This document shows, piece after piece, positions 62,475 through 64,000 of a stretch of 64,000 nucleotides of DNA (positions are counted from its first letter, which is position 1; every line of letters begins with the position of its first letter). The stretch covers positions 3,073 through 67,072 of the forward strand of contig DATKZP010000073.1 in the NCBI GenBank assembly GCA_035527915.1, written 5' to 3'. A program made the position numbers and the translations under genes. This DNA comes from Methanoregula sp. (GTDB lineage: Archaea; Halobacteriota; Methanomicrobia; Methanomicrobiales; Methanospirillaceae). Below the pieces are notes generated by a model. That model saw only the letters and a list, made by a program, of their open reading frames with translations, searched no databases and was not told where the DNA came from.

Positions 62475-63083
62475 ATGTCTTCCCTTGACGATCTGATTAG
62501 CAAGGCAAAAATGCTCCTCGCAGAAGGACATAGTCCAGGTCAGATTGCAGATGAGCTCTCCCTTTCTATGGAAACAGTGACGTGGCTGCTCACGCAGGCC
62601 AAAGGGGTGGCCGCCCCAAAAGATGTTCACATAGACTGGACTGCAGTCAGCAGCCAGGCACCTTTGCTCGAAGAAACGGCGCTTATGCTCTTACAACGGT
62701 ACTACGGAGACCTGAATGATGAGAGCGTTTCATCACCAGCCGCGAAGGTTATTGTAGGTATTGCCATTTCAGGAATCCCGCTTGCAACAATTATCGCTGT
62801 ACAGGAAGCAGCAAAACTTGCAATTTATCACCCTTCAAAGCAGAACCAGGGCGAGCGCCCGATAGGATCGATGAGCGGGAATTTTGCTGCCATTAATGGA
62901 GAACGATGTATTATCATTGACGATACAATAACTTCAGGTAATACATTGAGAGAAGTGGTGAAATATTTAAAGAAATACAATGCGATTCCGGTTGCTATCT
63001 GGGTAATATTCGATAAGCGCGGCATCAAGGATATTGAGGGAGTACCGGTCTATTCACTCTTCAAAATATCCCGTATTGACTGA
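62475..63083 (+). CDS. HTH plus phosphoribosyltransferase-like protein (COG0856 / GfcR-like)
   Basis: N-terminal HTH ([18 protein letters not shown]), [10 protein letters not shown] and the PRPP motif [12 protein letters not shown]. Confidence 0.85.
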   Translation: MSSLDDLISKAKMLLAEGHSPGQIADELSLSMETVTWLLTQAKGVAAPKDVHIDWTAVSSQAPLLEETALMLLQRYYGDLNDESVSSPAAKVIVGIAISGIPLATIIAVQEAAKLAIYHPSKQNQGERPIGSMSGNFAAINGERCIIIDDTITSGNTLREVVKYLKKYNAIPVAIWVIFDKRGIKDIEGVPVYSLFKISRID

Positions 63084-63116
63084 TCAATTCTTTTTTCCGG
63101 AGCAAACACAAAAATA

Positions 63117-63124
63117 TTTATATA
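63117..63124 (+). promoter_or_regulatory. Probable TATA box of the thermosome gene
   Basis: TTTATATA preceded by an A-rich BRE-like run, about 40 nt upstream of ATG 63165. Confidence 0.55.
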
Positions 63125-63164
63125 GAAGTTCAATTCCACCTTTTACAACATCAGAGGATCTATT

Positions 63165-64000
63165 ATGCAATCTGGACAGCCAATTATCATTTTAAAAGAA
63201 AATGTAGAGCGTAATTATGGGAAAGAAGCCCAGCGCTCGAACATAGCGGCAGCAAAGGCAATCGCCGGTGCTGTCAAGTCAACACTTGGTCCACGAGGAA
63301 TGGACAAGATGCTTGTCGGATCAACCGGGGACATTGTGATCACCAATGATGGTGCAACCATCCTCGGGGAAATTGCTGTGCAGCACCCGGGAGCAAAAAT
63401 GGTGATTGAAGTCGCACGCACTCAGGACGATGAGGTGGGCGATGGAACAACTACTGCTGTTGTCATTGTTGGCGCGCTTATGGAGCAGGCCGAGGGAATG
63501 CTCGAACTGGGTATTCATCCAACCGTGATCGCACAGGGGTACCGCATGGGCATGGAAAAAGCGATCGAGATCGTCAACAGCCTCTCGCTCAATGTGGAGC
63601 CGGCTGACCGCAAAACCCTTTTTAAAATTGTGGACACTGCCATAACCGGCAAGTCGATCGAGTCCGTGAAAGCCAAGCTTGACGGTATTATTGTTGATGC
63701 CGTAATGGCAGTTGCTGAAAACACCAAGGGGAAGATTATTGTCGATGAAGAAGATGTGATGATCAAGAAACAGAAAGGAAAGGCAATGGACGATGCCGAG
63801 CTGATCCGCGGTATTGTCATTGACAAGAAGCGTATCAGCGAGGGGATGCCCAAAAAGGTTAAAAACGCCAAAGTCGCTTTGGTTGCAACCCCTCTTGAGA
63901 TCACAAAAACCCAGGTTAAAGCGAAGATCAAGATCACGAATGCTGAGCAGATTAATGCCTTTTCCGAGCAGGAACGCGATACGCTCAAAAATCTTGCCGA
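63165..64000 (+). CDS. ths: Thermosome (group II chaperonin) subunit, runs off the window end
   Basis: Hand translation: [14 protein letters not shown]...[12 protein letters not shown]...TNDGATIL...[13 protein letters not shown]. Not in the ORF track because there is no stop inside the window. Confidence 0.95.
   Translation, partial: MQSGQPIIILKENVERNYGKEAQRSNIAAAKAIAGAVKSTLGPRGMDKMLVGSTGDIVITNDGATILGEIAVQHPGAKMVIEVARTQDDEVGDGTTTAVVIVGALMEQAEGMLELGIHPTVIAQGYRMGMEKAIEIVNSLSLNVEPADRKTLFKIVDTAITGKSIESVKAKLDGIIVDAVMAVAENTKGKIIVDEEDVMIKKQKGKAMDDAELIRGIVIDKKRISEGMPKKVKNAKVALVATPLEITKTQVKAKIKITNAEQINAFSEQERDTLKNLA

Noticed and set aside
1-64000. CRISPR array, rRNA/tRNA genes, integrase or transposase
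   Set aside because: No regularly spaced direct repeats, RNA gene signatures or recombinase motifs were recognised by eye; a tRNAscan/Infernal/CRISPR scan would be needed to exclude them formally.

Overview
Archaeal genomic DNA, most likely from a Methanomicrobiales methanogen (Methanoregula-like). This is inferred from the A1Ao ATP synthase operon, LonB, Rio2, Nob1, RtcA, thermosome, NrpR-domain and S-layer-domain genes. The window has three parts. (1) 1-11.6 kb, core genes: rio2 (partial), a TtcA/NcsA-like gene, a K+ channel, nadE, cupin PGI, an S-layer-domain protein, TrmB, an NrpRII-like gene, an E3-like oxidoreductase and class II lysS. (2) 11.6-43.8 kb, accessory DNA. It opens with a cluster of exported or lipid-anchored amide-bond hydrolases (transglutaminase-like, C45 Ntn-hydrolase, AmpC-like S12 hydrolase, DacB/PBP4-like S13 peptidase). 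An ion/osmotic-stress cluster follows (MFS, CPA2 antiporter, USP, two P-type ATPases, TPS/TPP, TreS-Mak, ablAB, MscS, Kup), with three decayed gene remnants across the accessory region. (3) 44-64 kb, core genes: rlmH, pgk, the full atpHIKECFABD operon, lonB-tldD-tldE-bofA, prs-rtcA-nob1-gfcR-like and a partial thermosome subunit. Three genes absent from the ORF track were read by hand: rio2 (1-340), a 51-aa Zn-ribbon ORF (54726-54881) and the thermosome (63165-end). No tRNA, rRNA, CRISPR array, integrase or transposase was recognised. Family assignments rest on motifs read in the translations and on recalled family knowledge; no database searches were run.
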